A stretch of DNA of 63,801 nucleotides, filler included, from Folioceros fuciformis (lineage: Eukaryota): NCBI GenBank assembly GCA_049999805.1. It is 7 parts of 7 records of this genome, joined end to end, with 100 filler letters (N's around TTAATTAATTAA, not from the genome) between each part and the next. Parts side by side here need not be neighbours in the genome. Positions count along the whole stretch, not along the records: positions 57,894 to 63,801 come from JBNGIO010001689.1; 6 more parts are not named here. One strand, 5' to 3'. The translations under genes were made by a program, and so were the position numbers. How positions within the stretch are numbered: position 1 is the stretch's first letter; the number at the start of each line of letters is the position of its first letter. Of the stretch, positions 61,022-63,801 are shown one piece after another. Below the pieces are notes generated by a model. The model was not told the origin of the DNA. It made no database searches and saw only the letters and a program-made list of their open reading frames with translations.

Positions 61022-61972
61022 TCACATATTGAGGAAGAAATGGTTGTCAGGCGATGCACCTGCGTACGCGAAGGCGGAGACGGAATCGGGATGGCTTGCG
61101 TCCACATCCAGGGGGCCCGGGAGAGACAGGAAGCAGTCGAAGTTCAGCTCGTACTCGTCCAGCTCCAGCTCCAGCAAATCGTCAAGACGGGCGATGGAAA
61201 AGTCAGGGTGGCCATGCTTGGATCTGGCCATGTGCTTGAGGTAGGCGAGAATGAGCTTCTCGTTGTGGAATCTGCGGAGCTTGCCCGTGAGCACGCCGTC
61301 GAAGGCGTGCATGATGCGCTTGCACATGGCGTCGGCCCAGTCGACAGGAGTGCCGGCGTACTCGGCGTAGACTACGCTGAGGAATTTCCAGGGAACCTTG
61401 CTCTGGTTGGAGCGCTCGTAGAAGAATTGGTAGCGCTGCTTGCACAGGTCCCGCAGCTTCTTGGGAGTAATGCTGTTCAATTTCACCTGCTTGTTGGCGG
61501 CGGGCAGCGCGGAGTGGTGCTGGATGAAGAAGTCGCGGGAGTGGAAGCAAGCCGCCTCCTCAAAGGGCACGGTGCCCGGCTGAAACCCTGGCATGAAGCG
61601 CAGCAGCATGTCGGGCGAGATTTTGATCACGGCGCCCTTGAATTGCACGGTGCAGTCCCGGATGCTCACGCCCTGGATGTCCGCCACCGAGATGGACCCC
61701 AGCTCCGCCTCCTCCTCCTCCCGCTGCACCTGCTGCTGCTGCTGTTGCTGTTGCCGCTGCCGCTGCCGCCCCCGCCCCGGCCCGGGCCCCGACCCCAGCA
61801 CGCAGTCCGCGAAGGCGTTCCTGCTCCCCTCGCCCTCGCCGGTCGCGTCCGCCTCGGGCTCCGCCTCAGGGTCATCAAACCCCATGCTCGTCATGCTCTT
61901 CTGCGCCGCTCCGGCTCCAGCTCGCTCACCGAGCCGCCGCCGCGGCGGCATGGCGTGACATCCCAGCTTCAC
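61022..61972 (-). CDS. Uncharacterised GC-rich protein (poly-Q N-terminus plus a globular domain)
   Basis: 316-aa ORF with strong GC3 bias (mirrored by an antisense open frame) and a natural amino-acid composition; family not recognised. Confidence 0.6.
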   Translation of the reverse strand: MKLGCHAMPPRRRLGERAGAGAAQKSMTSMGFDDPEAEPEADATGEGEGSRNAFADCVLGSGPGPGRGRQRQRQQQQQQQQVQREEEEAELGSISVADIQGVSIRDCTVQFKGAVIKISPDMLLRFMPGFQPGTVPFEEAACFHSRDFFIQHHSALPAANKQVKLNSITPKKLRDLCKQRYQFFYERSNQSKVPWKFLSVVYAEYAGTPVDWADAMCKRIMHAFDGVLTGKLRRFHNEKLILAYLKHMARSKHGHPDFSIARLDDLLELELDEYELNFDCFLSLPGPLDVDASHPDSVSAFAYAGASPDNHFFLNM

Positions 61973-63801
61973 CTCTCCCGCCTCGCCATGGCCGACGCCT
62001 GCCCGACCGCCCCCGTCTCCGGGCTCGGAGTCTGGGACGCTCCTCTACCCTGCGATGCCCTGCTCCGTGAGCTCGCGGGCACGGCCCTCGCTTCGCCCCG
62101 CGCACTCTCTGCACTCTGCAGCTCTGCACACTTGCTCCACTGCAGAGCATCTCCCCACGTGTTACCTTGCGCTGCCTGCGGAATATGCTCAGCCCTGCTT
62201 TGACATTGTAAACGTCAGCCCAGCCAGCCAGCAAGCCTGCCAGCTGATGCCGTACGAGTCAACCTTCCATTTCCTTCGCCTCTTCCCTTTTATACACCCT
62301 ATGTTACCCATGTACCCACATATGCATCTATTTCATATCACCCCACAATATTAGGTAAGCACATGTGCAGGTATCGGGGCACGCACAAACGCTTTTTATA
62401 TCCATATCTTTATGGTTATACAAGACTCTGTCCCCTAGTCGTGGTCAGAATTTCTGAGTAGTTGCACTGGGACTACCACCTACCCGCACGTCCAATCTTA
62501 AAAGTATTAAGTATATTAAAATATTTCTTAAATAATAATAATTACCTTCATAAAATAATCATATTCTCTTCCGATCCTATTATAAGCAAGTAACACCTCC
62601 TATGTCCACATGTTTTACTTACTATTCTCTGTATAAAACCGTTTCCATGTTTCCATGCTCACCAAGAGTGGTTTCATAGTATCCTCACTACCCAATCTTG
62701 TTCCATGATTGTGGGCTTGTCCAATCCGATTTGGTTCTAGTTGAGCTACAATTAAAATAGTAATTGGCCATGGGATGATGGAACTTTGATTCTCTAGTCC
62801 TTTCATCAAACAACACCAATTGAAATGCCCACATGAACCCACTTCCAAAAGCCACTTCCAAAACCATCAAACTAATGCCTAGATAACTTTTTCAGTGAGT
62901 ATGCGTTCTTAAACGTATACTTGGCGGGCACCGGCACTCCTTTCAACAAGATTTGAAAGATTGGATTGAAAAAATGAAAAGCTTGAGGAGAGACAACCAC
63001 TTCTAAGAACACAAGAACTAATGAGAGCTTGCCTCTCTTCGTCCTATGGGCCAAACTTTGTGAATGCTTTTGACAACATCCCTAACATTAGCTCTCATTA
63101 GTTCAACAGCATTATCATTATCAACATTATGTTGTTAATGAAGCTTTGATCTTTGCATGACAAAATCAAGTCAGCAAGAATAGAATCAGCCAAGTACCAC
63201 GCAATACTAGCTTTGAGATTTCGTAATGAGCCAAGTACCACACAATACTAGCTTTGAGGTTTCATATAAACTTCCATCTGCCTAGCTTTTAACAAAACTT
63301 AGCACATGCAATTCCTTGTTCAGTACAACATTCCATTCCACAGTTTATTGCTTCAAGCCATATAGAGGACTCTATATGAATTGGTTTTATCAAACTTGCA
63401 AGTACCAAAGACCTTACATACAAGTTTTGCAAGAGATTTTACTAAAGAACGGATTCTTTGAGAGTTCTAGCTTGATCAAGGTACCAGTGAACGACAGTGT
63501 TGGACGTTGAGCTGGGGTTCTCAGCTCGAGCACCAGGAAAGCTCGCGAGTGCTGTGGTGCCCCGTCGCGGGCATCAAAGTCGCACCAGGGCACGGCGGTG
63601 CTGGGCTTTGGGTTGGTGGACACCGACAAACTGGTGTGTGTGTGAGCCAGGAGCCGGGTGGGGAAAACGCCACCGAGTGTAGCCTGAGACTGTGCATGAA
63701 TTCGAGCTGACTGTGGGGAAGGCTTACTCACGGAGCTACGATGCGACTGCACGGCCTGTGACCCACAGGGCCATCCAAGCGGAGCTGAGCTTGCTTAGTC
63801 G

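Noticed and set aside
61019-62203. 394-aa plus-strand ORF
   Set aside because: It is an antisense shadow of the GC3-rich minus-strand gene.

Overview
Eukaryotic, intron-containing nuclear DNA from a non-seed land plant, most likely a hornwort (inferred from compact gene spacing, short GT-AG introns and fern/hornwort-type PLS PPR proteins). It is a scaffold with six 100-nt artificial gaps (N44-TTAATTAATTAA-N44). The gene-dense ends encode mitochondrial ATP synthase subunit f, a ZCCHC8/PSP protein, HemK/PrmC, two PLS-class PPR RNA-editing-type proteins, TMEM115/RBL19, an intronless UBC23/24-like E2, an intronless TAF6, a CCCH-TRM2A tRNA methyltransferase, a DnaJ protein and unknown genes. The centre (about 21-49 kb) is rich in transposons: a pogo/Tigger element inside a decayed UBC duplicate, three copies of an LTR-like repeat, a decayed Ty1/copia element and several C-to-T-decayed pseudogenes. 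The most notable item is missed by the ORF track. At 36.3-38.9 kb, stitching frames across stops, frameshifts and one spliceosomal intron gives a ParB/Srx-like domain fused to a prokaryote-type beta-class N4-cytosine/N6-adenine DNA methyltransferase. All calls are from manual motif reading; no searches were run.
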